From positions 32,001 through 96,000 of the forward strand of contig CBDESZ010000030.1 of assembly GCA_965242725.1 (NCBI GenBank): a stretch of DNA of 64,000 nt, in the 5' to 3' direction. The notes under the pieces are model-generated. The model was not told the DNA's origin. It did not search any database and saw nothing but the letters and a program-made list of their open reading frames with translations. Origin of the DNA: Alkalispirochaeta sp. (GTDB taxonomy: Bacteria; Spirochaetota; Spirochaetia; DSM-27196; Alkalispirochaetaceae). The translations under genes and the position numbers were made by a program. Below are positions 19,457 through 33,160 of the stretch, piece by piece; within the stretch, counting starts at the first letter, position 1, and each line of letters opens with the position of its first letter.

Positions 19457-19479
19457 GCCGGGAGACGGGATGACGCAAT

Positions 19480-20085
19480 ATGTTTGATATAACTTTCCGC
19501 ATGAACAGACGAAGAAACGGTGCCGTCGTGCTGTCCTTCGGCATCGCCTTTCGCATCGTCTTTGCGGCCCTTGTCATTGTTTTCGGGTGGGGTATTGCAG
19601 ATCGCATGGTCAACGGCGAACCCCTGCCGATTCTTTCGGTCGTTCTTCTTGTCGTCGTCCTGCTTGGCGCGCTCTACGAAGAACGGTGGATCTTCGATCC
19701 GTCCTCTCAGACGGTGTCAAATCGTCAGGGCCTCATCGTCCTTTCCCGACGACGCAGCTGGAATTTCCACGAGATAGACTCAATCGAATACACGACCTAT
19801 CGCGTCGGTTCAAATCCCCGCACCGCGTCGGAGGATTCAGGGAACCATGGCGATGACGGCGGACGCCGCTCCCGGGGCGGGGAAGAGGACGGTACAGCTC
19901 CCGGGAGATTCGGCAATCTCGACGCCCTCTCAAGGCGGCGCTTTTTCCGCTACAGCATCATTCTGACGGACGGAAGTTCGATCCGAATTGAACTGCGCCG
20001 GGTCCGACGATGGCCTGAGGAAAAACGGATAGCCGAGGAGATTGCCCGTACCCTCGGCGTACCCCTCTCCTTTACTTCTCTGTGA
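19480..20085 (+). CDS. Hypothetical membrane protein (2 TM plus PH-like beta domain)
   Basis: Two hydrophobic helices then LYEERWIFD; likely co-transcribed with the upstream gene. Confidence 0.7.
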   Translation: MFDITFRMNRRRNGAVVLSFGIAFRIVFAALVIVFGWGIADRMVNGEPLPILSVVLLVVVLLGALYEERWIFDPSSQTVSNRQGLIVLSRRRSWNFHEIDSIEYTTYRVGSNPRTASEDSGNHGDDGGRRSRGGEEDGTAPGRFGNLDALSRRRFFRYSIILTDGSSIRIELRRVRRWPEEKRIAEEIARTLGVPLSFTSL

Positions 20086-21133
20086 CGTTGCGAACCGTGT
20101 TTTCCGGCGTGGCGTCAAAGTAGAGAAAACATGCAGTCTGATGATCTTCCCTGACATCCCGCAATCGCGGAATGTTTCCCGCGCAGATGTCCATTCTCTT
20201 GGGACAGCGATCGTAAAAGTAACAGCCCGTCCGCTCCTTGTCCGGCGAGGGGACGTCACCGGTGAGGATGATCCGTTGACGCCGGCTTTCCACCTCCGGG
20301 TCCGGTATCGGAATTGCCGAAAGCAGGGCCTGGGTGTACGGATGGAGCGGCTCCTCGTAAAGCTTTTCGGAGTCGGCCACTTCGACGATCACCCCGAGAT
20401 ACATCACCGCAACACGGTCGCTTATGTACTTGATGACCGCCAGATCGTGGGCGATGAACAGATAGGTAAGGTGAAACTCTTTCTGCAGATCCCGCAGGAG
20501 ATTCAGGATCTGTGACTGTATCGAAACGTCCAGGGCGCTCACCGGCTCATCGGCAAGGATGAGTTGCGGATTGAGCGCAAGGGCGCGGGCGATTCCGATT
20601 CTTTGGCGTTGTCCGCCCGAGAACTCATGGGGATACCGGTTCTTGAAGCGCTTGTTCAGTCCAACCTTCTCCATCAATTCCTCAACCCTGGCATCGATCT
20701 CGGTGCGGGACATTTGCATGAGCTTCCGGTTGACGAAAATCTGCATCGGTTCCGCGATGATGTCACGGACGGTCATGCGGGGATTGAGGGACGCGTAGGG
20801 ATCCTGAAAGACCATTTGCACATCTTTGCGGTACTTCAGGAGCTCGTGTGGCCGCGCCTTGGTCAGGTCCTTGCCGTTGAGATAGATTTCTCCGTCCGTT
20901 GCGGGATAGAGCTGCGCAATCGCCCGGGCCGTGGTGGATTTTCCACAGCCCGATTCTCCGACAAGACCAAGGGTCTCACCTTTCCGAATGGAAAAGTTGA
21001 CGCCGTCCACGGCCCGGATGTATCCGGTTGTCCGTTTCAGGATTACACCCTCTTCGATGGGAAAATGAAGTTTGAGATTCTTAACGTCGAGTAGCGTATC
21101 GTTGGTATCGGTCTTCTTATCGCTGTCAGGCAC
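20072..21133 (-). CDS. oppF: Oligopeptide ABC transporter ATP-binding protein
   Basis: [46 protein letters not shown]-terminal Cys cluster. Confidence 0.95.
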   Translation of the reverse strand: MPDSDKKTDTNDTLLDVKNLKLHFPIEEGVILKRTTGYIRAVDGVNFSIRKGETLGLVGESGCGKSTTARAIAQLYPATDGEIYLNGKDLTKARPHELLKYRKDVQMVFQDPYASLNPRMTVRDIIAEPMQIFVNRKLMQMSRTEIDARVEELMEKVGLNKRFKNRYPHEFSGGQRQRIGIARALALNPQLILADEPVSALDVSIQSQILNLLRDLQKEFHLTYLFIAHDLAVIKYISDRVAVMYLGVIVEVADSEKLYEEPLHPYTQALLSAIPIPDPEVESRRQRIILTGDVPSPDKERTGCYFYDRCPKRMDICAGNIPRLRDVREDHQTACFLYFDATPENTVRNVTEK

Positions 21134-22142
21134 CTGCGGCCTCCTTGTTGTCCCGTTCCTTGTATAACCAGCAGCTCACCGACCGCGATTCGCTCAGCTT
21201 TTCCGCAGCGGGATATTGTCTCTTGCATATATCCATGGCGTGCTCACACCGCGGATAAAAAGGGCACGCGTCGGGCAGATCGATCAGGCTGGGGGGTTGT
21301 CCCGTGATGGAAAACAACCGGTCCTGATGAACCTGATCAAGACGCGGCACCGACCGTATCAAGCCCTTTGTATATGGATGTTTGGGATCCTTGAACAGTT
21401 CCCGGGCGTTACCCTTCTCAACGATCTTCCCCGCATACATAACGACGACGTTGTCGCACATTCCCGCAACGACACCAAGATCGTGGGTGATCATGATCAC
21501 CGCCGTTCCCAGTTCGTCGGCGAGGCGTTTTATGATTTCCAGAATCTGGGCTTGAATGGTCACATCCAGGGCGGTGGTCGGTTCATCGGCGATGAGGACA
21601 TCGGGATTGCAGCTCAATGCCATGGCAATCATGACGCGCTGACGCATTCCGCCGGAGAACTGATGTGGATAGTTGGTTATTCGTTTTTCCGGTTTGGGGA
21701 TTCCCACCATGGAGAGCATTTCAACCGCTTTGGTTCGGGCTTCCCGTTTTCCCAGTCCCTGATGGAGACGGATCGTCTCTTCAAGCTGTGTTGAGACGCG
21801 CAGGAAGGGATTCAACGATGTCATGGGGTCCTGGAATATCATCGAGATCTTGTTGCCCCGGATGTTTCTCATCTCCCGGTCCGGGATCTCAAGGAGGTCC
21901 GTACCGTTGAATTTCACCTTCCCTCCCACAATTCTTCCGGGAGGTGTCGGAATGAGACGCATCAGGGAAAGGTTGGTGACCGATTTCCCCGATCCCGATT
22001 CACCGACGATTCCGAGGGTCTCACCTTTGTGAAGATTGAAGGAGACGTCGTCCACAGCCTTTACCACCCCATCATCGGTCTTGAAATGGGTACGGAGGTT
22101 TTCCACCTGCAATATCGGATCGGCCAGTATTTTTTCACTCAT
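21126..22142 (-). CDS. oppD: Oligopeptide ABC transporter ATP-binding protein
   Basis: GESGSGKS, FQDPMTSLNP, FSGGMRQR, DEPTTALD. Confidence 0.95.
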   Translation of the reverse strand: MSEKILADPILQVENLRTHFKTDDGVVKAVDDVSFNLHKGETLGIVGESGSGKSVTNLSLMRLIPTPPGRIVGGKVKFNGTDLLEIPDREMRNIRGNKISMIFQDPMTSLNPFLRVSTQLEETIRLHQGLGKREARTKAVEMLSMVGIPKPEKRITNYPHQFSGGMRQRVMIAMALSCNPDVLIADEPTTALDVTIQAQILEIIKRLADELGTAVIMITHDLGVVAGMCDNVVVMYAGKIVEKGNARELFKDPKHPYTKGLIRSVPRLDQVHQDRLFSITGQPPSLIDLPDACPFYPRCEHAMDICKRQYPAAEKLSESRSVSCWLYKERDNKEAAGA

Positions 22143-22165
22143 ATCGTGTGTAACTCCATAAAGAA

Positions 22166-23263
22166 TCAGAGGCGGTTCTTGCTGTGGGGATCAAAGGCGT
22201 CCCGCAACCCGTCTCCGAGAAAATTCATCGCAAAGAGAAAGACGGTCATCGTCAATGCGGGAAGAAAGAGCTGCCACGGTGTCGTATTCATCCGTTCCAC
22301 CGCGTCGCTTACGAGGGATCCCCATGAGGCGTACGGCGCCGAAACACCCAGCCCGAGAAAGGAGAGAAACGACTCCTGCATGATAAACGCAGGTATGCGC
22401 AAGGTGGCAAAGACGATGATAATTCCGGCGGTGTTCGGCACAAGGTGCCGGAATATGATACGCCCCCGGGACGCCCCCATACTCCGTGCAGCTTCAACAA
22501 ACTCGCTGTTCTTGAGGGAGATGATTTGTCCCCGGACAACTCGAGCGACGACAAGCCAGCTCACAAGGGCCAGTGCGAGAAAGAGGTTGAAAATGTTACG
22601 GCCGAATATGGCCATCATGATAATGACCAGGAGCATATAGGGCAGACTGTACATGACGTCCACAAACCGCATGATGATATAGTCCGTCTTTCCTCCCACA
22701 TATCCGGCAATTGCCCCCACGACGATACCGATAAGCACCGAGGTGATGGTTCCGATAAGCCCGATAGCGATGGAGATCTGACCGCCGTATATGATACGAC
22801 TCAGGAGGTCTCTGCCCAGGTGATCCGTCCCGGCAATGTACCGCCGCTGGTGGATCATCACATCCTCTCCGTCGACCGTGCGTGTCTCCGTCGCGATGCG
22901 CTCCCGCATGGCATCCAGTTCCGCCAGCTCGTCTGCATTGAGAGTCGTTCTGCCGTCACGCTCGGCAAGGGCGTACATACGCGTTTCAACACGTTCAAGC
23001 CACAACTCCCCGGCGGTCTTCGTCAGTGACGGCGGCAGGTCGCGATGTTCAGATATCTGAAACCGAAAACTGTGAATCGGCAGAATCGGAGCCGTGATGG
23101 CCAGGAGTGCGTACACCACAACGATGACCAGACCGATCATCGCCATGCGGTTCTTTTTCAGACGACGCCATGCGTCCTTGGTGAGACTGACCCCTTCAAG
23201 GGGCTGGTCAAATTCGTTTACGTCCTCGCCGGGTTCGGCAACGATGGGTTGATGATTGCTCAT
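22166..23263 (-). CDS. oppC: Oligopeptide ABC transporter permease
   Basis: AWRRLKKN, GTDHLGRD, EAARSMGA, ESFLSFLGLG, GDGLRDAFDP. Confidence 0.95.
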   Translation of the reverse strand: MSNHQPIVAEPGEDVNEFDQPLEGVSLTKDAWRRLKKNRMAMIGLVIVVVYALLAITAPILPIHSFRFQISEHRDLPPSLTKTAGELWLERVETRMYALAERDGRTTLNADELAELDAMRERIATETRTVDGEDVMIHQRRYIAGTDHLGRDLLSRIIYGGQISIAIGLIGTITSVLIGIVVGAIAGYVGGKTDYIIMRFVDVMYSLPYMLLVIIMMAIFGRNIFNLFLALALVSWLVVARVVRGQIISLKNSEFVEAARSMGASRGRIIFRHLVPNTAGIIIVFATLRIPAFIMQESFLSFLGLGVSAPYASWGSLVSDAVERMNTTPWQLFLPALTMTVFLFAMNFLGDGLRDAFDPHSKNRL

Positions 23264-23272
23264 TACATATTC

Positions 23273-24202
23273 CTATTTATACGAAATGCGGGGATCGAGA
23301 AGGGCATACACGATATCCACAATGAAGTTCATGATCACAAGAATGACGGAGAATACGATGACCGTACCCATGATAAGCGTATAATCCCGGTTGAATGCGG
23401 ACTGGACAAAGAAGCGTCCCAATCCGGGTACTCGAAAGATCTGCTCGACCACGACCGATCCGGTGACGATACCGGCAAATGCCGGCCCCAGATAGGAAAC
23501 GACGGGAAGCAAGGCTCCCTTCAGGACGTGTTTCCAGATGACGACAGACTCTCTCAACCCCTTTGCCCGGGCGGTGCGAATGTAATCGCTTCGGAGCACT
23601 TCAATGATACTCGCCCGTGTCAGACGACCGATGTACGCAAAATAGGGAAACGCCAACGTAACGGCGGGCATAATAATGGTCACCCAGCCGTTGCGACCGC
23701 CGATCCACCCGCTCGTAGGCAGAAGCTGCCATCGCATCGCCAGAAAGTACATCAGTACCGGGCCGATCACGAAGAGGGGGACCGATATGCCTACCACGGC
23801 AAATGACATGGAGAGATAGTCCGCCAGCTTGTTCTGTCTGAGGGCCGATATGATACCGCTCCCGACGCCGAGGATGATGGCGATTGAGAGGGAGATGACG
23901 CCGAGCACCATCGAGACGGGGAGGCTGTTGAATATATAATAATTGACGTCCCGATCCATATACCGGTAGGAAGGTCCGAGGTCACCCCTGGCGATGTCCC
24001 AGAGGTACATTCCGTACTGCACCACCAGCGGTTTGTCCATGTTGTATTTTGCCTCGATGTTTTCCATTACCTGGGGAGGTAACGCCTTTTCCCGATCGAA
24101 GGGGCCGCCGGGGGCCACACGAATGACAAAGAAACTTATCGTGACAATGATAAACAATGTCGGAAATAACCCGAGAAAACGACGGATAATGTATTGAGTC
24201 AT
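23273..24202 (-). CDS. oppB: Oligopeptide ABC transporter permease
   Basis: PGGPF, GDLGPS, DYIRTARAKGL, VEQIF, LDPRI; start ATG 24202. Confidence 0.95.
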   Translation of the reverse strand: MTQYIIRRFLGLFPTLFIIVTISFFVIRVAPGGPFDREKALPPQVMENIEAKYNMDKPLVVQYGMYLWDIARGDLGPSYRYMDRDVNYYIFNSLPVSMVLGVISLSIAIILGVGSGIISALRQNKLADYLSMSFAVVGISVPLFVIGPVLMYFLAMRWQLLPTSGWIGGRNGWVTIIMPAVTLAFPYFAYIGRLTRASIIEVLRSDYIRTARAKGLRESVVIWKHVLKGALLPVVSYLGPAFAGIVTGSVVVEQIFRVPGLGRFFVQSAFNRDYTLIMGTVIVFSVILVIMNFIVDIVYALLDPRISYK

Positions 24203-24243
24203 GAGAGGGGTATTATAGCGGTACCGAAAGGATGCTGACAAGT

Positions 24244-24273
24244 AAAAAAGCCCCGCCTGAAGGCGGGGCTTTT
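24244..24273 (-). terminator. Intrinsic terminator after oppA
   Basis: GCCCCGCC-TTCA-GGCGGGGC with T6 on the minus strand (T4 on plus). Confidence 0.9.
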
Positions 24274-24304
24274 CATGAGCTCAGACTGATTCTCGAAAAT
24301 GGAA

Positions 24305-25885
24305 TCAGTTGGCGGAAATATCTCCAACGGGATGCCATCCCATGATGTTGGCGTACCATCCGTTCCACTTGTCAAGATCGATCATGTTCTTGTTGACGTA
24401 GTAGTAGATCGGCATGATGCCCATGTCCTCTTCGATAAAGAGGCGCTCCGCCTGGCGGAGAACGTTGAAACGCGCTTCTCCGGCGGGCATGCGTGCAGCC
24501 TGAGCGATCAGTCGATCATACTCGGCGTTGCTGTACTGGCCGCCGTTCATGGCACCGCCGGTGACAAACATATCGAGGAAGGTATTGGGATCCTGATAGT
24601 CGCCGATCCAGCCCGCCCGGGCGATGTCAAAGTTGTGCTCCCGTCGATTCGCGAGGTAGGTTGCCCATTCCTGGTTTTCGAGGGTGACCTCGATACCGAG
24701 ATTGACGCGCCACTGCTCCTGGATGAACTCACCGATTGCCCGGTGGCTCTCGTGGGTATTATACAGAACGGTCAGTTCGGGGAAGCCTTCTCCGTTGGGG
24801 AAACCGGCATCTGCGAGGAGCTGACGAGCCATTTCATAGTCTTCACCAAGTCCTTCAATCGCGGGGTAACCGGTCATGTCCGGAACGATTGAGTACGCGG
24901 GAATCTCACCAGCCTTGGTGACGGTCTCTACGAGCTCCTGCCGGTCAATTGCCAGCGCGAGGGCTTTACGGACACGAGGATCGTTCAGCGGTTCGCGACC
25001 GTTGTTGAGAACGTAGTAGTAGGAACCCAGGTAGGGGCTCACCTGAAAGTCATCGCGAAGCATAGCCGACTCGACCTGGCTGGCCGGGACGTCGGTGGAC
25101 CAGTCCATCTCGCCGTTCAGGTACATGTTGTGGGCGGTGGTGTTGTCGTCAACGGGGAGGAAGACAACGCGATCCAGCTCCACTTTTTCCGCATTCCAGT
25201 AGGTCGGATTGGGGGTCAGGACGATCTGGGACTGGGGTGACCATTCTTCAAGGACGTACGGACCGTTACCGACGTGGTTTTCAGGCAGCGTCCATTGATC
25301 GCCGAACTCCTCGATAGCGTGAATCGGCACGATGGCAAATGAGTAATGGGCCAGCGCGTCGAGGGTGTACGGGAGGGGTCCAACGGTCTCAAACTGGAAT
25401 GTCCGGTCGTCGATGGCGCGTACCGCAACTGATTCGGGGCCCGCTTCACCGGCGTTGTATTCCGCGGCGCCCTGGATAAACATCGAGGGGAACCACGCAT
25501 AGGGGGCTGCAGTCTCGGGATTCAGAACGCGCAGCCAACTGTCAACCACCTGCTGGGCGGTGATGGGCGTACCGTCACTCCATTGGGCGTCTTCCCGGAG
25601 AGTGAAGGTGTATTCAGTTCCGTCGGAGCTGATTTCCCAGCTTTCGGCAACACCGGGCATAGCAGTGGCCGTCTCCGGATCGGGGGTTACCAGACCTTCA
25701 TAAATACCCATCATGATGCGATGTTCGGGAACACCGGACACAAGATGGGGATCGAGAGATTCCGGTTCGGCACCATTTCCGATGATAAACTCGGTTCCTG
25801 CGCTCACTTCTTCGCGTCCGCCCGCGGCGAATGCAAGAGAAGCAACGAGAACGACAAGACCGACCATAAACAAGGTCTTTTTCAT
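24305..25885 (-). CDS. oppA: Oligopeptide ABC transporter substrate-binding protein (family 5)
   Basis: EPESLDP, PGVAESW, WSDGTP, NGPY, VRKALALAIDR, WIGDY; SD AAGGAGG before ATG 25885. Confidence 0.95.
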   Translation of the reverse strand: MKKTLFMVGLVVLVASLAFAAGGREEVSAGTEFIIGNGAEPESLDPHLVSGVPEHRIMMGIYEGLVTPDPETATAMPGVAESWEISSDGTEYTFTLREDAQWSDGTPITAQQVVDSWLRVLNPETAAPYAWFPSMFIQGAAEYNAGEAGPESVAVRAIDDRTFQFETVGPLPYTLDALAHYSFAIVPIHAIEEFGDQWTLPENHVGNGPYVLEEWSPQSQIVLTPNPTYWNAEKVELDRVVFLPVDDNTTAHNMYLNGEMDWSTDVPASQVESAMLRDDFQVSPYLGSYYYVLNNGREPLNDPRVRKALALAIDRQELVETVTKAGEIPAYSIVPDMTGYPAIEGLGEDYEMARQLLADAGFPNGEGFPELTVLYNTHESHRAIGEFIQEQWRVNLGIEVTLENQEWATYLANRREHNFDIARAGWIGDYQDPNTFLDMFVTGGAMNGGQYSNAEYDRLIAQAARMPAGEARFNVLRQAERLFIEEDMGIMPIYYYVNKNMIDLDKWNGWYANIMGWHPVGDISAN

Positions 25886-26037
25886 AAAAGCTCCCTCCTT
25901 ATTGGGATTATTGTAGAGAGAGATAATACACCATGAATTCAGGAGAACGCAACAACGGCGACGTTGACAAAGGTACCGGCCGGGACTACTGTAATACGTG
26001 TGACGTTTGAAACACACCCTTCTTTTCGGGAGTTACA

Positions 26038-26970
26038 ATGATACATATCGATACCGTATTTCGGCAGGTTACGGACCAACTCATTAAAAACAGCAAGGAA
26101 GAGCAATCTATTGACCGCAGCAGGGTCTTTCAGCCGGCAAATATGGAAAACCGCGGGCTTGTGGAAAAGATCATCGGAACGCTGCTCCTGCCGGGGAGCG
26201 GAATTGAGGGATATGAGAATCTGAAGGAGCTCTATGAGCGTTCCCAGCGCGGAGAATCATGCCTCATTCTCATGGAGCACTACAGCAATTTTGATATTCC
26301 CAACCTCTTCTATCTTGCAAAAAACTATCCCGACGGCATCTTCGTAACCGACGGGATCGTCGCGATGGCGGGGACAAAGCTGAATGAGGAGAGCCGGTTC
26401 GTACTTGCCTTTACCGAGGCATATACGCGTATCGTAATCTACCCGGCCCGGCTCCTCTCGGCCCTTGAGGGAAGCGACCGGTACGCATCGGAGCGGGCGC
26501 GGAGTCGGGAGATAAACCGAAGCGCCCTGCGGGAAATGATTCGACTGAAGCACTCGGGCCATATGGTTCTGCTCTTTCCCGCCGGTACGAGATACCGCCC
26601 GGGCAAGCCGGAAACGAAACAGGTCCTTCTGGAAGTCGATTCCTACATCAAGGGGTTTGACCATATGGTTTTTGTCGGTATCGCCGGCAATACCCTGGAA
26701 GTGAGCCCGGCGGGAAATATGGAACATGACTATCCCTGCACGGACGTCGTCGTCTACCAGGTGAGTGAAGTTACCGATTCAGCGAGTTTTCGAAATAGCG
26801 CCAGGGAAAACGTTCCCGAAGGTGGAGAAGCGGCCAAACGGGCCGTCGGGGCGGCGGTGGAACGACGTTTTGACGAGCTTCACGTCGAAGCGGAAATGGT
26901 CCGTGACGCTGCCGTCAAAAACCTCGAGAAAGAGGGAGTCAAACCGCAGCGCTTCGCATTTCCTACGTAG
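26038..26970 (+). CDS. Glycerol-3-phosphate / lysophospholipid acyltransferase (PlsC superfamily)
   Basis: Catalytic HxxxxD (EHYSNFD) and FPAGTR motif. Confidence 0.85.
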   Translation: MIHIDTVFRQVTDQLIKNSKEEQSIDRSRVFQPANMENRGLVEKIIGTLLLPGSGIEGYENLKELYERSQRGESCLILMEHYSNFDIPNLFYLAKNYPDGIFVTDGIVAMAGTKLNEESRFVLAFTEAYTRIVIYPARLLSALEGSDRYASERARSREINRSALREMIRLKHSGHMVLLFPAGTRYRPGKPETKQVLLEVDSYIKGFDHMVFVGIAGNTLEVSPAGNMEHDYPCTDVVVYQVSEVTDSASFRNSARENVPEGGEAAKRAVGAAVERRFDELHVEAEMVRDAAVKNLEKEGVKPQRFAFPT

Positions 26971-26986
26971 ACGCACGGCTCCGATT

Positions 26987-27899
26987 CTATATGCGCCGAT
27001 ACAAATGGCCGGCCGAATGAAATCCACCGCCCTTCGCCAGTGCCTTCACGGCGGGTGATTCCGGACCCGCCTCCCACAACATGACGATACCGTCGTCCAT
27101 GTCCGCAATGGAGGTGGCACGATACAGGAGCTCCGATGCAACTCCCATACCGCGAAATTCCGGCTCGACGTAGAGCTGACGTATGGTCATGATCGTATAG
27201 CCCCCTTCCACGCCGTGTGAGGTTATCCATACGAAGGCGATAATTTCCTGCTCAGGCGTGGATGCGGCAATCACGGTACTGTGTGGCCTGGCGGGAGATC
27301 CCAGGCTTGACCGACGCTCGGCAAAGAAGTGATCGACCACCTCTGGGGGCAACGTCGGGGAATGCATTTCGTAATATCCGATCTGATCCATATGAAGCAC
27401 CTTGTCCTCCGGGACCGGATCGAGTACTTCAAAAACGATATCGGTCATGAGCAGATCATGAAGCTCTTCGTCGGCGCCGAGCTCCAGCGTCTCAAGCCCT
27501 TTGAGACCCCGCAGCTCGTTATACCATTCGACAACCGCGTCACGCATCGCCATGTATTTATACCTGTAGTACCGGCGTTGTACCTCCGGCGCTTCCCGCA
27601 GGGTGTCCTTGAACCTTCTGAAGACCTTTGAGCCGCTGAGAAGGATGGTCTGAAGACGATCCCTCAGCGGGGGGTCCTGAATCTCCGATACAAAACGTTC
27701 CATCAGAAAGAAGCCGTCCGCGCTCTTCCATTGAGGAATATCCTGATATCGACCATCCGGATCGGTGAAGTCATCGGGCCGCTCTTCCGGATCCACCAGA
27801 TCCTCCCGAAGGAGCGCTCCTTTTTCGATATCAACGAGATATCGAATCTTCTGATTCTCCATGGCAAAGATCAGCTGGCGAATCAACGCCTCCCGAAGT

Positions 27900-27907
<8 letters not shown>
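26987..27907 (-). CDS. UPF0158-family domain fused to a C-terminal GNAT acetyltransferase
   Basis: LIFAMEN, W.SADGFFLMERF, FRRFKD.L (UPF0158-like); LYVEPEFRGMGVA acetyl-CoA motif A. Confidence 0.75.
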
Positions 27908-31015
<3,108 letters not shown>

Positions 31016-31054
31016 TCCATTCGGGCCGGACTCGAAGCCGGACATACATAAAAG

Positions 31055-31086
31055 AGGCCGTCTTACCCGGTGTAAGACGGCCTTTT
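31055..31086. terminator. Bidirectional terminator between eno and acyP
   Basis: AGGCCGTCTTAC-CCGGT-GTAAGACGGCCT with T/A-rich flanks on both sides. Confidence 0.85.
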
Positions 31087-31087
31087 C

Positions 31088-31381
31088 TTATTCCACGGTA
31101 AATGCGGAATATCCTTGCAGGCGGGAAAGACGGCGAATATCGATGCGGGTAACTCGTGCCGCCGGCGGCCCTTCACGCAACCACGAAGCGAATGTATCGA
31201 TCGCGGCAGGCGGACCCTCGGCGTGGACCTCCACACTCCCGTCAGGGCGGTTTTTCGCCCACCCGGTAATCCCCAGGCGGCGGGCATTGTTTCGTGTGTA
31301 GTAGCGAAATGCAACGCCCTGCACCCGCCCGTATATTTCCGCGTGGATTCCTTTCCGTGTATCTCCGACGTTATCGGACAT
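31088..31381 (-). CDS. acyP: Acylphosphatase
   Basis: GRVQGVAFR, GWAKNRPDGSVE, GPPAA. Confidence 0.93.
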   Translation of the reverse strand: MSDNVGDTRKGIHAEIYGRVQGVAFRYYTRNNARRLGITGWAKNRPDGSVEVHAEGPPAAIDTFASWLREGPPAARVTRIDIRRLSRLQGYSAFTVE

Positions 31382-31727
31382 CGAGACTATCCCGTATGGC
31401 TCCTTCCAACTCTGCGTAGTCAAAGGGCTTGTACATCACGGGAAAAGGTATTTGAAAATCGGGACGGAGAAAACCGCTCGTGACAATAACCTTATGGTCG
31501 GGACAGAACCGTTCAAGAAAACGGATCCAATAGTCGCCGCCAAATATGTCCATCCGGTAGTCGGTAATGATAATGTCGATCTTTGAATCGAGAATGTGTT
31601 TGATTGCGCCTACCCCGTCGGACGCTACCAGGACGGTATATTCCTTCCGCTCAAGGTAGTCCCGCAGGGTAAGACGAATAGCGTCCTCGTCATCAACAAG
31701 TAGGACTGTCGTGTCTGCCTGTTTCAT
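31371..31727 (-). CDS. Single-domain response regulator (receiver only)
   Basis: LLVDDE, ITDYRM (phospho-Asp), TSG, KPF. Confidence 0.9.
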   Translation of the reverse strand: MKQADTTVLLVDDEDAIRLTLRDYLERKEYTVLVASDGVGAIKHILDSKIDIIITDYRMDIFGGDYWIRFLERFCPDHKVIVTSGFLRPDFQIPFPVMYKPFDYAELEGAIRDSLDVR

Positions 31728-31741
31728 CGGTATGGGTACAA

Positions 31742-32362
31742 TCAGTCGGGACGAACCGAGCGATTTTCCGCGAGTTCCTCAATCAGTCCGGGTAACGCTT
31801 CCAGATCAATCGGTTTCTTTATGAATCCGTCCACTCCCGCTTCACGGGCCCGATTCTCCACCTCTCCATCGTCCAGTCCCGTAATAGCGATGACGATGGG
31901 TCGTGAGAGATTCTCATCGGACTTAATCTGCCGTGTCAGTTTATACCCGTCGACACCAGGAAGGTTGATGTCGAGGATCACCACGTCGGGACGTTGTTCA
32001 AGAATGGCACGACCGGCATCATATCCGTCCATCGCCTGGGTCACCTTGAACTCGGGATAGCGTTTGTCCAGAAACTGTTTGATCAGGTCATTGAGCGCCT
32101 GATCATCGTCCACGATGAGGACCTGCTCGATTCTCGCCTGCTCCGCAAGGATTTCCCTCACTTCGTCGGGCATGCGCATGCCCTGTTTCTGCATGAACTT
32201 TGCCAGTACGTCCGCATAGACGCGATACTGTCCGCCCGGCGTTGTATAAGCCTCAAGATGTCCCTGTCGTATCCAATTTATTGCCGTCTGGTTGACGACG
32301 TCACAAAAGTTCGCGACCTCGTGAGCCGAAAAGACGCGCTTCTTTTTCTTCACTTTAGCCAT
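31742..32362 (-). CDS. Response regulator with N-terminal excisionase-like HTH and C-terminal receiver
   Basis: WIRQGHLEAYTTPGGQYRV (HTH_17); IVDDD, LDINLPG, KP. Confidence 0.9.
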   Translation of the reverse strand: MAKVKKKKRVFSAHEVANFCDVVNQTAINWIRQGHLEAYTTPGGQYRVYADVLAKFMQKQGMRMPDEVREILAEQARIEQVLIVDDDQALNDLIKQFLDKRYPEFKVTQAMDGYDAGRAILEQRPDVVILDINLPGVDGYKLTRQIKSDENLSRPIVIAITGLDDGEVENRAREAGVDGFIKKPIDLEALPGLIEELAENRSVRPD

Positions 32363-32418
32363 GGTTCCACCTTATGTAACCGTTCTACACATATTTTACT
32401 CAAAAAATGTCTATAATG

Positions 32419-33012
32419 TCAACGAAAATGTTTACGAATATCATTCGTGGAGAAACCGCGTCGCAAGAGTCGAGTAATAACAGTTTTTCTTTGTTCCGGC
32501 GTAAGGTCTTCCACGCCCCTCCCGCCCTCGCCGATAAGGGGCCGGGTCACTTTTTCAATTGTACGTTCCAGGGCTTTTTCAAAACAGCGGGGATGCTCGT
32601 CCTCATACCGTGCAATCGCGTCAGAGGCGACTTCCCGGGAGAACCCCCGTTCAGCCAGGCGGGAGAGGAGAAAGGATCGGCTTTTACCGGATCCCTTCAT
32701 CGCTGCGCGTATCCAGCTCTCCGCTGCCGCCTCGTCGTTCTGATATCCCCGGCGTGCGAGCGTTTCTATCGCAGTGTCCGCCCCGTCGCGGGAAAACCCC
32801 TTCCGGAGGAGCTTTCTTCGGAGCTCAGCTTGTCCGTGGTCTCTTCGTGAGAGCAGATCCACCGCTGCGGGAAGCACGAAAAGGTGTTCACTTTTCCGGA
32901 CCAGCAGTCGCAGTCGTCCCACAGGTAACGCGACATCCGCCTCGATAGGTACATCGCTTGCATTACAGACGTCCCGGGCTATATCAAATCGAATTTTTTT
33001 GACGCGCTCCAT
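32419..33012 (-). CDS. recX: Regulatory protein RecX (start uncertain)
   Basis: LLSRRDHGQAELRRKLLRKGF, GYQND, C-terminal LLRRGF. Confidence 0.85.
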   Translation of the reverse strand: MERVKKIRFDIARDVCNASDVPIEADVALPVGRLRLLVRKSEHLFVLPAAVDLLSRRDHGQAELRRKLLRKGFSRDGADTAIETLARRGYQNDEAAAESWIRAAMKGSGKSRSFLLSRLAERGFSREVASDAIARYEDEHPRCFEKALERTIEKVTRPLIGEGGRGVEDLTPEQRKTVITRLLRRGFSTNDIRKHFR

Positions 33013-33091
33013 CGCCGTTCGTTCCGAGCGGGGAACAGATGGAGAGGACTCACCCTTACCGTTGAGGGGGTCGTACCACGCATAAACACAA

Positions 33092-33121
33092 ACGCCCGCA
33101 GCGATATGCGCATGCGGGCGT
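33092..33121 (-). terminator. Probable terminator after rpsI
   Basis: ACGCCCGCA...TGCGGGCGT followed by TTGTGTTT on the minus strand. Confidence 0.55.
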
Positions 33122-33160
33122 ATTGATTGTACCGTGACCACGTGGTCCGGCGGTATGTTT

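Noticed and set aside
31742..32362. Excisionase of a mobile element
   Set aside because: The HTH_17 domain is fused to a receiver domain in a housekeeping context
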